A stretch of DNA of 64,000 bases from contig JBAZYF010000001.1 in assembly GCA_041659505.1 (NCBI GenBank), positions 253,274 to 317,273 on the forward strand, given 5' to 3'. Under the pieces are notes generated by a model. It saw only the letters and a program-made list of their open reading frames with translations, was not told where the DNA came from and ran no database searches. The position numbers and the translations under genes are program-made. The first letter of the stretch is position 1; every line of letters starts with the position of its first letter. This document shows, piece by piece, positions 1-9,476 of this stretch. The stretch comes from Parcubacteria group bacterium (lineage in GTDB: Bacteria; Patescibacteriota; Minisyncoccia; Moranbacterales; UBA2206).

Positions 1-411
1 ACTCAACTTTCCTGCGCCATAACGGAACATGACCAAGAAAGATGCAAGATATAACAGCGCCACTTCCCCGCCGTTAAAAAGCGGATTGAGTCCAGCCGGG
101 AAATGTACCAGGAAATACGCCACCAGCATTTCGATCACTCCCAACAGCGCTGCCAAGCGAGTGAACACGCCAAAGAAAACCAACAGTCCTACAACAACTT
201 CAACCAGGCCAGCAAACCAAAACAGACTAAAAAATGGCACGGCGCCATGGCCACCAATGCCCCCGAACAAACCAAAAAATTTTTGCGCTCCGTGCATAAA
301 AAACATTGCGGACACAATAAGCCGGAAAACAGTATAGGCCGTATTATCCCCATCTTCGTCATGACAACCTGACGATATTTTTTGCATATACTTTTTAACT
401 ATTCCTTCCAT
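1..411 (-). CDS. DoxX family membrane protein. The start codon is at 411 and the ORF is open to position 1, so the C-terminus is cut off by the window edge.
   Basis: Manual minus-strand translation gives MEGIVKKYMQKISSGCHDEDGDNTAYTVFRLIVSAMFFMHGAQKFFGLFGG..., a typical DoxX motif (FFMHGxxKxF) in a multi-TM protein. It has no stop inside the window, which is why it is absent from the ORF track. The plus-strand ORFs 29..337 and 103..372 are antisense to it. Confidence 0.7.
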   Translation of the reverse strand, partial: MEGIVKKYMQKISSGCHDEDGDNTAYTVFRLIVSAMFFMHGAQKFFGLFGGIGGHGAVPFFSLFWFAGLVEVVVGLLVFFGVFTRLAALLGVIEMLVAYFLVHFPAGLNPLFNGGEVALLYLASFLVMFRYGAGKLS

Positions 412-444
412 ATGTTTGAAGTTAAATAATTAATTACCAATTTT

Positions 445-900
445 TTATTTACCCCTTTCTCGTGGATCAAGCCCAACTCTCCAAATGATCGTTTGTACGA
501 TTGATCCCAAGCCGGAAATCGCCAGAAGCAGGACAAAAAAGTGGGTCAGCGGACTGAGGAAAAAAATGAAAGCCACGAACAGTCCCGCCCAAATTCCCGT
601 GCACCACGGGCAATTGATCAGCATCGAGAGCTCTCGGCGATAACCGGAAGAATACCTCCGCAAATAACCGCGGACATGCTCCGTGATCGTGTCATAAACA
701 AAAAGTCGGATCAGTCGAAAAGTGGCAAAAAAAAGTAAAGTAAAATCAAACCAAGAAATTTCTCTTCCCAATTTATGCGTAAGATTTAAATAATAAGTAG
801 CACTAGCGACCAAGGCTAAAAATATAGCAGAAAAAAAATTATGCCAAAATGCTTGACTGTTTTTATAAATTTCTTCGTTCATATTATTAAAACTCATCAA
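445..900 (-). CDS. DUF1360-family small membrane protein
   Basis: 151 aa with 3-4 TM helices and the CPWCTGIW motif characteristic of DUF1360. Confidence 0.6.
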   Translation of the reverse strand: MMSFNNMNEEIYKNSQAFWHNFFSAIFLALVASATYYLNLTHKLGREISWFDFTLLFFATFRLIRLFVYDTITEHVRGYLRRYSSGYRRELSMLINCPWCTGIWAGLFVAFIFFLSPLTHFFVLLLAISGLGSIVQTIIWRVGLDPRERGK

Positions 901-1182
901 GATAAAAGGAAACCATCAGGCAACTGAAAAAATCCAGCTAACTGCCATCACATAGAGACAGGCGGTTCGAGCCTTTCTCTATGGATTATAAATTGTCGCA
1001 AAGACATGCCTCGCCTCTTTCATCACTAGTTATACGATGCTACGGCCTTGCAAAAGGCGCATTACAATCAAGATTACTGCCACAACTAGCAGAACATGGA
1101 TCAGTCCTCCCAGTGTGTAGGAAGAAACAAGCCCCAATACCCATAGAATGAGTAAAATTACAATTATTGTCCACATATATTT

Positions 1183-1306
1183 ATGCTTTTTAACTAATTA
1201 TACTTGCCTGTCAACGTTAATACGAGACAAAAAGCCAAAAGGATCGCTAGCGCTCTAGAGATAAAGAGGTTTAAAGGTTGTCTCGGTAAACATGTAAGTC
1301 CTGACA
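1183..1306 (+). repeat. Degenerate short copy (C0) of the 145-bp structured repeat family
   Basis: Its 3' part, ttaaaggttgtctcggtaaacatgtaagtcctgac, aligns to the right ends of copies C2 and C3 (ttgaaggttgcttttggcaaatgcgtaagtcct). The arms tacgagacaa and ttgtctcgg can pair. Confidence 0.4.
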
Positions 1307-1324
1307 TGGCAACTTTTCAAGTAA

Positions 1325-1470
1325 GGACTGACGTCCGATCCAAAAGCAAGCTTATCCATAGCCAGGATTAGTCAAAAAAAACCTTAACAGTTCTTATTGG
1401 TTAAAGGGAGAATAAATAAACTCCAAAAGGCCACGCGACTTGAAGCTTGCTTTTGGATTGGACGTCAGCC
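1325..1470 (+). repeat. 145-bp structured repeat, copy C1, immediately upstream of the glycosyltransferase-like gene
   Basis: Terminal inverted arms ggactgacgtccgatccaaaagcaagctt and aagcttgcttttggattggacgtcagcc; conserved interior aagcttatccatagccaggattagtcaa... Confidence 0.7.
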
Positions 1471-1496
1471 GCCTATGCTATACTATAAATATAACT

Positions 1497-3437
1497 ATGA
1501 CCATACTTATCAAAGAAGAAACCGAAGAAGAAAAAGTCGCTAAAAAAATCCAAAAAAAGACACGCTGGAAAAGCTTTCTTTTGAGCATGTTTGCTTTTCT
1601 TCTACTAGGACTGCCCTTGGCCACCTATTTCCATTTTGGCTTTGACCATTTGAGCGAATTTGAAACCGCCGATGAATTTCTGTGGTATTCCCAAGGCAGA
1701 ATCCAGCAGTATTGGGATGCGATGCTTTCACGCAATTGGAAAGACACCCGCATCAATGACAAACCCGGAGTCAGCCTGGCCATCATTTCCGGTTCGGCGC
1801 GTTTTTGGGAGAAGGCTCCGCCACCTGATACATTTGACGGCATCCGCAAACTGAAAATATTTCCCGTCTCCGAAATTCTGGAAGCGCATTTCAACTACCG
1901 CATGCCAATTTTGCTTTTTAATGGGATTATGGCGCTCTATTTTTTCTGGATGATTCGAAAAATCACAAGCAACGATTGGGCGGCGCTTTTTTCTTCGACG
2001 CTCATCCTCCTGCAACCGATCCTGCTTGGCGTTTCTCAAATCATCAACCCCGACGCGCTTTTTTGGTCTTTCGCCCTCGCTTGCCTTTTGACTTTTTTGG
2101 CATTTCTAGAAACTGGCCAGATTTTTTTGGTCCCCCTTTCCATCATCCTGCTTGGCTTCACCTTAGCCAGTAAATATGTAGGAATCATTCTTTTTCCCTT
2201 TCTCCTTTTCGCCCTTGGGGTACACGCCATCTTTCACATTCCTGATTGGCAAAAAGAATCAAAAATCATCTGGAAAAAAATGCTTTGGCGCTCCTTGGCT
2301 TACCTCCTGATCGTCGCCGGCGGAATCGGCACTTTTGCACTCCTCATGCCAGCAGCACTGGTAAAAATTAAATATCTGGCCGAAGGCACCTATGATTTTC
2401 CTGGCATGCAAACAATTTTTCGCATAAGCATCGGCATTGCGCTGGGAATAATTCTCGACGCCCTGATTTTCAAAAGTAAAATTCTCATCTTTGTCGCCCG
2501 TTATGGCAAATATCCCCGCATCATTTTCACCGGACTGTTATTTTTCGCCATGGCTACACTGGTAGTTGTGGTTGGCGTCGATTGGACACGCGAATCAAAT
2601 CTGTTTGGCCTATTGGGTTTTTCTTTCGAAGGCGGAAAAATTCCAGAGTTTTCCGTCCTGCCGTTTTTCAAACAGTTTCTCCTGGAAAGCCGGCCGCTCA
2701 TTTTTGCAACCACTCCCCTAGTTTTAGGCACCTTAGTTTTTGCCTGGCTAGCCAGTGCTTTCAAACAGTGGAAAACGAACTGGTTTTTGGTCATCCTCAC
2801 CGCTTTTATCCCTATTTTTTTCCTGGCGGTAATGGAACAAAAACTGCTCATCCACGTGCGCTACAGCATCATTCTTTTTCCCATTGTCGCTATTATTGCT
2901 GGAGTGTTTTTGGCGGAATTTTTTCACTGGGGGTTTTTACGCTATGTCCCAAAAGTGATTATTTTTGCCCTGCTTTTTTCCGCCAGCGTCGTCTACCTGC
3001 AAAAAGCGCAGCCGTTCTATTTCAACTACACCAATGAACTTTTGCCTAAAAGCTATTCTCTAGTAGACGGCTGGGGCTATGGCGGTTATGAAGCAGCGCA
3101 GTATTTAAACAGTCTGCCTGACGCCGGAAAAACGCGCGTAATTGCCGACTACATGGGAGTCTGTCAATTCTATGTCGGTCCCTGTATCCGCTATAGCGAC
3201 ATAACGAGGACGTCTTTTCGCAAACGCTGGAATGCTAAGGGCTATAATTATTTTGTCCTGAGCAAAAAAGGCTTTGGACGTTTCGACTTGAACGAAGATT
3301 TTCCAGAATTGGACACTTTCGAGCCAATCTGGAAAATGGAAATCCATGATCGCCCCGGCAACTATCTCAAAATAATTTCTTCCGAAACAGCAATCCTAAA
3401 GGATAAAAGCGAAGCTTCTTTGGAAAGTGGAGATTAG
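1497..3437 (+). CDS. Polytopic membrane protein, putative GT39/GT83-type (ArnT/PMT-like) glycosyltransferase
   Basis: 646 aa with about 12 TM helices, an acidic DE-type motif (TADEF) in the first loop and a C-terminal soluble domain. The start was taken at MTILIKEE rather than the track start 1440, which lies inside repeat C1. The family assignment is a guess from topology. Confidence 0.45.
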   Translation: MTILIKEETEEEKVAKKIQKKTRWKSFLLSMFAFLLLGLPLATYFHFGFDHLSEFETADEFLWYSQGRIQQYWDAMLSRNWKDTRINDKPGVSLAIISGSARFWEKAPPPDTFDGIRKLKIFPVSEILEAHFNYRMPILLFNGIMALYFFWMIRKITSNDWAALFSSTLILLQPILLGVSQIINPDALFWSFALACLLTFLAFLETGQIFLVPLSIILLGFTLASKYVGIILFPFLLFALGVHAIFHIPDWQKESKIIWKKMLWRSLAYLLIVAGGIGTFALLMPAALVKIKYLAEGTYDFPGMQTIFRISIGIALGIILDALIFKSKILIFVARYGKYPRIIFTGLLFFAMATLVVVVGVDWTRESNLFGLLGFSFEGGKIPEFSVLPFFKQFLLESRPLIFATTPLVLGTLVFAWLASAFKQWKTNWFLVILTAFIPIFFLAVMEQKLLIHVRYSIILFPIVAIIAGVFLAEFFHWGFLRYVPKVIIFALLFSASVVYLQKAQPFYFNYTNELLPKSYSLVDGWGYGGYEAAQYLNSLPDAGKTRVIADYMGVCQFYVGPCIRYSDITRTSFRKRWNAKGYNYFVLSKKGFGRFDLNEDFPELDTFEPIWKMEIHDRPGNYLKIISSETAILKDKSEASLESGD

Positions 3438-3449
3438 CTAATATTGGCA

Positions 3450-3594
3450 GGACTTACGCATTTGCCAAAAGCAAGCTTATCTATAGCCGAGGTTAGTCAA
3501 GAAAAACTTCTGCTTTCTTGGCAACTAAATAAGTAAAGATGAGCTCTAAGTAGCTACGCGCTTTGAAGGTTGCTTTTGGCAAATGCGTAAGTCC
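3450..3594 (+). repeat. 145-bp structured repeat, copy C2, directly after the stop of the glycosyltransferase-like gene
   Basis: The arms ggacttacgcatttgccaaaagcaagc and gcttttggcaaatgcgtaagtcc are a perfect 23-bp inverted repeat. The interior is about 80% identical to C1 and C3. Confidence 0.75.
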
Positions 3595-3819
3595 TAATTG
3601 GAAAAAACACAAGCTATTTCATAAAAACTTTTTCCGTCAACTTATTTTTTATTTTAATCCAATAGGCACTCAGTCCGCCGAGTGTTGCAATTATTTCTTG
3701 AACTTGGGGAGAATAATAGCCGCCATTGACCGAATGCGCTAAACATGCTAAGCTTCAGGCAGTGAAAAGTCGTCGAGCTTCACGCAATACATAAGGATTA
3801 TTAATTACAACGAAAAAAT

Positions 3820-4017
3820 ATGATCGGTACAATAAAGAAAAAAACTGACAAAGGTTTCGGATTCATCACTTCTCCAGAATTGGGCAAGGATTTATTCTTC
3901 CACAGCAATTCTTTGGTTGACGTTACATTTGACGAAATCCAAGAAGGTGACCAAGTTTCTTTTGATTCAGAAGAGTCTCCAAAAGGCTTGAACGCAATCA
4001 ACGTTAAGCGCGCCTAG
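3820..4017 (+). CDS. csp: Cold-shock protein (CspA family)
   Basis: 65 aa, MIGTIKKKTDKGFGFITSPELGKDLFFH; RNP1/RNP2 motifs; long 5' UTR; followed by a terminator. Confidence 0.9.
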   Translation: MIGTIKKKTDKGFGFITSPELGKDLFFHSNSLVDVTFDEIQEGDQVSFDSEESPKGLNAINVKRA

Positions 4018-4040
4018 TTTTTTAGGTAAACTTCAAAAAA

Positions 4041-4076
4041 CTCCCAAAGCTTCACGCTTTCGGGAGTTTTTTGTTT
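4041..4076 (+). terminator. Intrinsic terminator of csp
   Basis: Hairpin ctcccaaagc...gctttcgggag followed by TTTTTTGTTT. Confidence 0.6.
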
Positions 4077-4123
4077 GCAATTTTTTCACAGAGACGCTCT
4101 ACCTGAATGTTCTTTTATATTTA

Positions 4124-4152
4124 AAACCAAAACCCCAATGTGGGGTTTTGGA
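4124..4152 (-). terminator. Intrinsic terminator, bidirectional hairpin, for the minus-strand gene 4182..4508
   Basis: aaaaccccaatgtggggtttt flanked by A and T runs. Confidence 0.5.
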
Positions 4153-4181
4153 AGTTACTACTCTTATCTGGTCAATAGACA

Positions 4182-4508
4182 TCAGTCAGATTGAATTATG
4201 ACTCTGTCAACACTTTCAAACATCTTGTCGTGATCGCTATAGTTTCCGCGGACCTTTACTACCAAGCCATTCATGAAATCGCTAAAATGTCTCGGGCTAC
4301 TATCTTTGTCGGTGATGATGTCATTTTTACTCAATTTGACCATCATTGTTCCCATATGATCAGACACAAACGTAAAGGTTTTGTTGGCCGGATCGGGATT
4401 CATAATCTTTCCCCTGAAAGTGCTGTCGGCATGAGCTGGAACACTAGAGAGGGAGAGAGCACCTACGACAAGAGCCAAAGAAGCAACAATTGTTGTTAGC
4501 TTTGTCAT
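4182..4508 (-). CDS. Secreted hypothetical protein with a signal peptide
   Basis: 108 aa; N-terminal MTKLTTIVASLALVVGALSLSSVPAHA signal-peptide-like. Confidence 0.55.
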   Translation of the reverse strand: MTKLTTIVASLALVVGALSLSSVPAHADSTFRGKIMNPDPANKTFTFVSDHMGTMMVKLSKNDIITDKDSSPRHFSDFMNGLVVKVRGNYSDHDKMFESVDRVIIQSD

Positions 4509-4753
4509 ATAATTGTGATTAGATTAATTAAAAAGAACTATTCTTCCAAATAATCGACCTTTTATTTGGTCAATTAAGTTATTAATTTTTGGTTTTTTGA
4601 GATGCTAGCCATAAACACCTCTGAATACTGATGATACGATGCTATTCCTTTTTTCGGCGCAAAATACCACCTTAAAAATTTGATCGCTACCGGCTTTCAA
4701 AAAGAACAAAAATAGCCTACAATAGAGGCATAAAAAATTAGCCTAAAAATCCT

Positions 4754-5203
4754 ATGCCAAACACACCCATTATTCAACTGCTGGAAGAAAACGAGTTGAA
4801 TGTTTCTGCGCTCTATGCGCTCTATGCCCAAAAAATTCCCGCCAAATGTACTTTTTGGAATCAACTTTCCCGGGAAGAAATTTCCCATGCCGCTTCCATA
4901 AAAAACGATTGTCTTGGCCTTAATTTAGAACAAGCCATTGCCGAGAATAATTTTTCGCGCGGAATCATCACCTATGTGATGGATTTCGTTTTGGCAGAGA
5001 TTGAAAGAGCCCAAAATAATGCGGTATCACACTTTGACGCCCTAAACACCGCTCTGCGAATCGAGCGCTCAATGCTGGAAAAAAAATGTTTTGACATTTT
5101 TGCCCCGACAAACATAACCCTCAAGGAGTTGTTTGAAAAACTAAACACCGAAACCGAACAGCACACAAAAGTGCTGACGGAAGAATTGAAACGATTCAAT
5201 TAG
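4754..5203 (+). CDS. Hypothetical protein
   Basis: 149-aa ORF with plausible codon usage; no motif recognised. Confidence 0.4.
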   Translation: MPNTPIIQLLEENELNVSALYALYAQKIPAKCTFWNQLSREEISHAASIKNDCLGLNLEQAIAENNFSRGIITYVMDFVLAEIERAQNNAVSHFDALNTALRIERSMLEKKCFDIFAPTNITLKELFEKLNTETEQHTKVLTEELKRFN

Positions 5204-5277
5204 TAAACAGCAAAAGGCCCCGCTAGGAAAATCAGGACTTGCTCGCTTGCTCGAGTCATTGTAATGTAATTGCCCAT

Positions 5278-6594
5278 ATGAAAAGATTATTGCGCCTCAT
5301 TCCCAAAGGCAGTGTCGTTTTGGCCATTACCTCTTTCGCCTCCTATGTCCTAGGCCTCGGGCGAGACCATTTTTTCGCGCGTACTTTCGGCGCAGGACGC
5401 GCCTTGGATGCCTATAACGCCGCTTTTCTTTTTCCTGATTTATTATTCAATATCCTCATTGCTGGAGGGATTGCCGCCGCTTTTGTGCCAATCCTCACCG
5501 AACTGTTGCGCAAAGACGAGAAGATCGCCAAGGACTATGTCGATTCCGTCATCACCGCCGCCACCGGAACAATGCTTCTTTCCGCTGTGATTATTTTGCT
5601 GTTTGCTAATCCGATCAGCGCGCTTGTTGCTCCCGGTTTTAGCGGCGAGGAAAAATTATTGGTAGCCAAAATCCTCCATGTCTTGGCCTGGTCTCCGATT
5701 TTTTTTGCTGCCTCGAACGCTATCGGGGCGATGCTCATCACCAAAAGGCGTTTTTTATTTTATGGACTTTCACCGGTGCTCTATAATTTGGGAATAATTT
5801 TGGGGACAGTTTTTCTCGCTCCCCACTTTGGGATTATGGGAGTGACCTATGGCACACTCTTTGGTGCAATCCTTCATCTCCTGACGAGGCTCGGCGATGC
5901 CATCTGGCAAGGATTTCGCTTTCGACCGAATTATAATTTTCGCACGCCGGAATTTCGCAAAACCCTGCGCCTTATGCTTCCGAAAATGTTCGGCCATCCG
6001 ATCGAGCTCGCCACTTTTTGGGGTTTCACCTCCATCGCTTCCGCGCTCGCGCCCGGATCAGTTACAGTCATCAGTTTCGCGCGCAACTTTCAAAGCGTAC
6101 CGATCAGCCTCATCGGCATCACGATTGCCACCACCAGTTTTCCTGTCCTTTCTCATGCCATCAGCGAAAAAGCTAAAGAGAAATATTGGAAAACACTCAA
6201 AAATTCTTTCTGGGCGATTTTTTCTATCAGCGCACTTTCCGCTATTGTCATTTTTTTTATCCGCCGACCGCTCATCGGAATTTTTCTCGGTGGCGGAGCA
6301 TTTGATGCGGAAGATATTAATCGCACTGCCTTGGCGCTCGGTGTCTTTTGTCTGAGCATCCCGACCGAAGCACTGGTACATCTTTTGGCGCGCGCTTTTT
6401 ATGCCACAAAAAATACGACCATTCCGGTCGCTGTTAGTATTCTCGGAATCATTATTGCCATCCCCGGCGGATATTTCCTCAGCCACACCTACGGCCTCAT
6501 CGCCCTCCCCTTCGCCTTTTTCCTCGGCAGTGCGTTTGAACTGATTATCCTAGGAATTCTTCTGCCGCGACGAGTGGGGAAAATTTTGGATTAA
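5278..6594 (+). CDS. murJ: Lipid II flippase MurJ (MviN family)
   Basis: VLGLGRDHFFARTFGAGRALDAYNAAFLFPDLLFNILIAGGIAAAFVPIL aligns with the MurJ N-terminus (FGAG..DAF..AF..PNLLRR..AEGAFSQAFVP); 12-14 TM helices. The track start 5239 is an alternative. Confidence 0.75.
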   Translation: MKRLLRLIPKGSVVLAITSFASYVLGLGRDHFFARTFGAGRALDAYNAAFLFPDLLFNILIAGGIAAAFVPILTELLRKDEKIAKDYVDSVITAATGTMLLSAVIILLFANPISALVAPGFSGEEKLLVAKILHVLAWSPIFFAASNAIGAMLITKRRFLFYGLSPVLYNLGIILGTVFLAPHFGIMGVTYGTLFGAILHLLTRLGDAIWQGFRFRPNYNFRTPEFRKTLRLMLPKMFGHPIELATFWGFTSIASALAPGSVTVISFARNFQSVPISLIGITIATTSFPVLSHAISEKAKEKYWKTLKNSFWAIFSISALSAIVIFFIRRPLIGIFLGGGAFDAEDINRTALALGVFCLSIPTEALVHLLARAFYATKNTTIPVAVSILGIIIAIPGGYFLSHTYGLIALPFAFFLGSAFELIILGILLPRRVGKILD

Positions 6595-6601
6595 TTAAGT
6601 T

Positions 6602-7396
6602 TTACCCAACAATAATCATCACTTTTCTCCCCGTATCAACATTCCCGCCGTTCCAATCGTGATTGGCGTTCATAATCGTACTGGCTTTGTAGATATAGTC
6701 GGCGCCTTTTCTGGTGCCGGGGTCATTGGTGATGAAATCACCGTTTTTTCGGTAACCTTTGATGACAAGCATATGATAGAGTGGGCCGGGAGTTTGAAAA
6801 TTGGGATTGCCCAGTTGTCTGCCGGCTTCTGGCATAATCACTGCTTTGCCTTCTGCAAGCGCTGTCTTGATTTGCTCGATAGTCGGATCACTCACCACTT
6901 CCACTTTCGGCAAGTTAAAATATTCCCGCAAAATTGTGGCCGTTTCATCCGCAGTCGTGTCTTGATAGTAGCCGAATTTTTTCATCTCAAAATCCATAAT
7001 CGCCAACATTTTTTTGTCGGCGTCCGCGGGACCGTTGATTGGTTGGTTATTGATATAGCTCGCGACCATCAGTGTCGAAGCCTCTTCACAAAATTCTTGA
7101 TAGGGCGCGCTCCAGTTTTGATTGGGCGCTTGGGAAGTGAAGGGAATTTTCAGATTGACTTCAGCAGGTAAAGTGGCAGTTGCTACCGGCGTCGAGGGTG
7201 CGGTTGGAGATGAGGCAGTTGGCGATTGTGAAGATGTGGGAATATTTTCCTGGGGAGCCGGCGTCGCTTCATAGGGAACGGCCGGTGGCAAGGGCGTTAC
7301 GATGAATTTATCCTTAAAACGAAAAATGGCAAAACTGGCGCCAAAAATGACAAGTGTGCCTAAAAAAAATAATAATAATTTTTGTGGTTTTTGCAT
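6602..7396 (-). CDS. Membrane-anchored peptidase C39-like domain protein
   Basis: N-terminal TM, a Pro/Ser/Thr-rich linker, then FTSQAPNQNWSAPYQEFCEEASTLMVASY, which resembles the Peptidase_C39_2/BtrH-like Cys-nucleophile region. Confidence 0.5.
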   Translation of the reverse strand: MQKPQKLLLFFLGTLVIFGASFAIFRFKDKFIVTPLPPAVPYEATPAPQENIPTSSQSPTASSPTAPSTPVATATLPAEVNLKIPFTSQAPNQNWSAPYQEFCEEASTLMVASYINNQPINGPADADKKMLAIMDFEMKKFGYYQDTTADETATILREYFNLPKVEVVSDPTIEQIKTALAEGKAVIMPEAGRQLGNPNFQTPGPLYHMLVIKGYRKNGDFITNDPGTRKGADYIYKASTIMNANHDWNGGNVDTGRKVMIIVG

Positions 7397-7642
7397 ATAT
7401 TTCAGGACTCACACGTTTGCCCGAGTCAGCCGTATTTTCTAAAAAAATCTTGTCTGAGAATGCCTTTTTTCTTCAAAATTTTCCATTGGTTGCCGTCGAT
7501 TGAGGGGAAATTTTGAAAAGAAAAAAGAGCATTCGAGTTATTTTTTTAGAAAAATACCGGCTGCGAGGTAAAATGCGTAACTACTATGATTATTGGGAAG
7601 ATTATAGCACAAACAGCCCGACTCTGCCAGCTTCTCCCATTC

Positions 7643-8056
7643 CTACCAATGCAATACTTCATGGACGATATCCACCACTTTTTGCGGAGTGGCCAGGGCT
7701 TTCACTACATAGAAATGCGCGTCGTATTTTCCTACTTTATTATAAGTCTTTTCATCACTGAGATTGCTCAGGACTACCACCGGGGTAGTTCTGATTGTAA
7801 TATCTCTTTTCATTTCTTCCAAAACTTCCATCCCGCCTTTGACCGGCATAAGCATATCCAAAAGAACGACGTCCGGTTTTCGCTCGCGGATAAGTGCTAA
7901 ACCTTCCTCACCGTTGACAGCGCTAATCACGTCAAACCCTTCTAATCTAAACTTTGTCGAATACATCTCTCTGATCATGGCGTCGTCATCAACAATACAG
8001 ACTAGCTTCTTTTCGCCAAGAATCTCTTCCATACTTTTTTGGTTGATATCTTCCAT
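7643..8056 (-). CDS. Single-domain response regulator (CheY-like receiver)
   Basis: LVCIVDDDAMIREM...KPDVVLLDMLMPVKGGMEVL...VVVLSN: acidic pocket DD, phospho-acceptor Asp, and Lys. An internal alternative start lies at 8032. Confidence 0.8.
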   Translation of the reverse strand: MEDINQKSMEEILGEKKLVCIVDDDAMIREMYSTKFRLEGFDVISAVNGEEGLALIRERKPDVVLLDMLMPVKGGMEVLEEMKRDITIRTTPVVVLSNLSDEKTYNKVGKYDAHFYVVKALATPQKVVDIVHEVLHW

Positions 8057-8215
8057 ATATTTTTTACTGGTTTGAATTATTTTTTAGCTTGCCTAGAATA
8101 TTTTGCAAACTAACTATAGCATAACTATGGCTTTCCGTCCAAAGCAGGTTACGGAAAGACAGTTAATGATGTATAATATGCTTATTGGATGGTAATTAGA
8201 TAATCTCTCTGAATT

Positions 8216-9307
8216 ATGCCTTTTGAAATAAACCGCTCAATCAATCTGCGCAAATATTTTTTCAGCCTGCTGCTGTCTTTTGTTTTTTCCTGGTTATTTA
8301 TGCAGCCTGCTTTTGCTGCTACGCTCAGTTGCAACTCCTGCGCCACTTGCACTTCCCAAATTGCAGCCGCCACCAGCGGAGACACTGTCGAACTCACTGC
8401 TGATTTGACTGGCGGAACTGAGTCGACCTGCATCACTTTTGATCATAAAGACGGAGTCATCCTTGATTGTCAAAACCAAATCATCACAGGACCATATTGG
8501 GACGGCATCCCGCCCTATTTTTTTGGCATCAAGTTGCTTTCGGCCGATAATAACACCATTAGAAATTGCACGGTCAGCAGCTTCTATCAAGCTATCGATA
8601 TCGAAGGCAGTTCTGGAAATACGCTGGATAATGTGGCGGCAATATTTTCTTTTCAAAATGGCGTCCATGTCAACCGGGACTCTAGTAACAACATGATATC
8701 TAATAGCGTAGCGCAGTTTAATGGAAACCGTGGATTCTATATCTACTACAATTGCAATAACAACACAATTATGGATTCCGACTCGGCCAATAACACTGTT
8801 GGGGTTAATATTGAATATTCCTCCGGAAATATTCTAGACAATCTCACGATAGACGACAATGTTTATGGTGTTGGAATGGCCTACTGCGAAAACAACATCC
8901 TCAAAAATTCACGAATCAATGACAACAGCGACGCAGGGATAGCGATCGCTCCCGCAGATCACAATTCAACCTATGCGAGATATAATACTATATATAACAA
9001 TTATTTCAAAAATACCACAAACGTAACGATAAATGATGCTACGGATAGCCAGCCGAATTATTTTAACACCACGCTCAATTGCTCCTCTGGTCAAAATATC
9101 ATCAGCGGCGCATGCATCGGTGGAAATTTCTGGACAACGCCGACTAACAATGGCTTTTCTGATACTTGTACAGATGCCAATAGTAACGGCGTCTGTGACT
9201 TAGCTTATACTTTTTCAGCGATTAATATTGACAACTACCCGCTGGCTTCTGCGCTTTCCGGCGACCTCATCGCCCCGGCCTCACCGGCCGGACTTAGTGT
9301 GATGTAG
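8216..9307 (+). CDS. Secreted right-handed parallel beta-helix repeat protein (NosD/pectin-lyase fold)
   Basis: Signal peptide, then N/G/S-rich repeats NNTI.N..I..N.G.GI typical of PbH1 repeats. It ends ...DLIAPASPAGLSVM. Confidence 0.65.
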   Translation: MPFEINRSINLRKYFFSLLLSFVFSWLFMQPAFAATLSCNSCATCTSQIAAATSGDTVELTADLTGGTESTCITFDHKDGVILDCQNQIITGPYWDGIPPYFFGIKLLSADNNTIRNCTVSSFYQAIDIEGSSGNTLDNVAAIFSFQNGVHVNRDSSNNMISNSVAQFNGNRGFYIYYNCNNNTIMDSDSANNTVGVNIEYSSGNILDNLTIDDNVYGVGMAYCENNILKNSRINDNSDAGIAIAPADHNSTYARYNTIYNNYFKNTTNVTINDATDSQPNYFNTTLNCSSGQNIISGACIGGNFWTTPTNNGFSDTCTDANSNGVCDLAYTFSAINIDNYPLASALSGDLIAPASPAGLSVM

Positions 9308-9328
9308 ATTTGGTTATTTTCATTACAA

Positions 9329-9473
9329 GACTTGCGAGTTTGTCAAAAACAAGCTCATCCACAGCCAAGGTTGGTCAAGAAAAACTCCCGCTTTCCTAAT
9401 GACTAAATAAGTAACGATAGACTCTAAGGAACTACGAGTCTTGAAGGTTGCTTTTGGCAAACGCGTAAGTTCT
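9329..9473 (+). repeat. 145-bp structured repeat, copy C3, filling the gap between two convergent genes
   Basis: Arms acttgcgagtttgtcaaaaacaagc and gcttttggcaaacgcgtaagt pair with two G.U wobbles in the plus-strand RNA sense; the interior is conserved with C1 and C2. Confidence 0.7.
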
Positions 9474-9476
9474 ACA

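Noticed and set aside
29-372. Plus-strand ORFs 29..337 and 103..372 at the window start
   Set aside because: Their translations are low-complexity and non-protein-like. The opposite strand encodes a clear DoxX protein (start 411, open to position 1), so these are antisense artefacts.
6659-7171. Numerous ORFs of 60-200 aa on the strand opposite confident genes (for example 6659..7171+, 8294..8668-, 32784..33404+, 39903..40469-, 51274..51909-, 59301..59813+)
   Set aside because: They overlap well-supported genes in antisense and have biased or low-complexity composition, so they are spurious.
1325-9473. 145-bp elements as integron attC sites
   Set aside because: No intI-like integrase in the window. 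The copies share a conserved interior rather than only short core sites. One copy lies between convergent genes rather than at the 3' end of a cassette.
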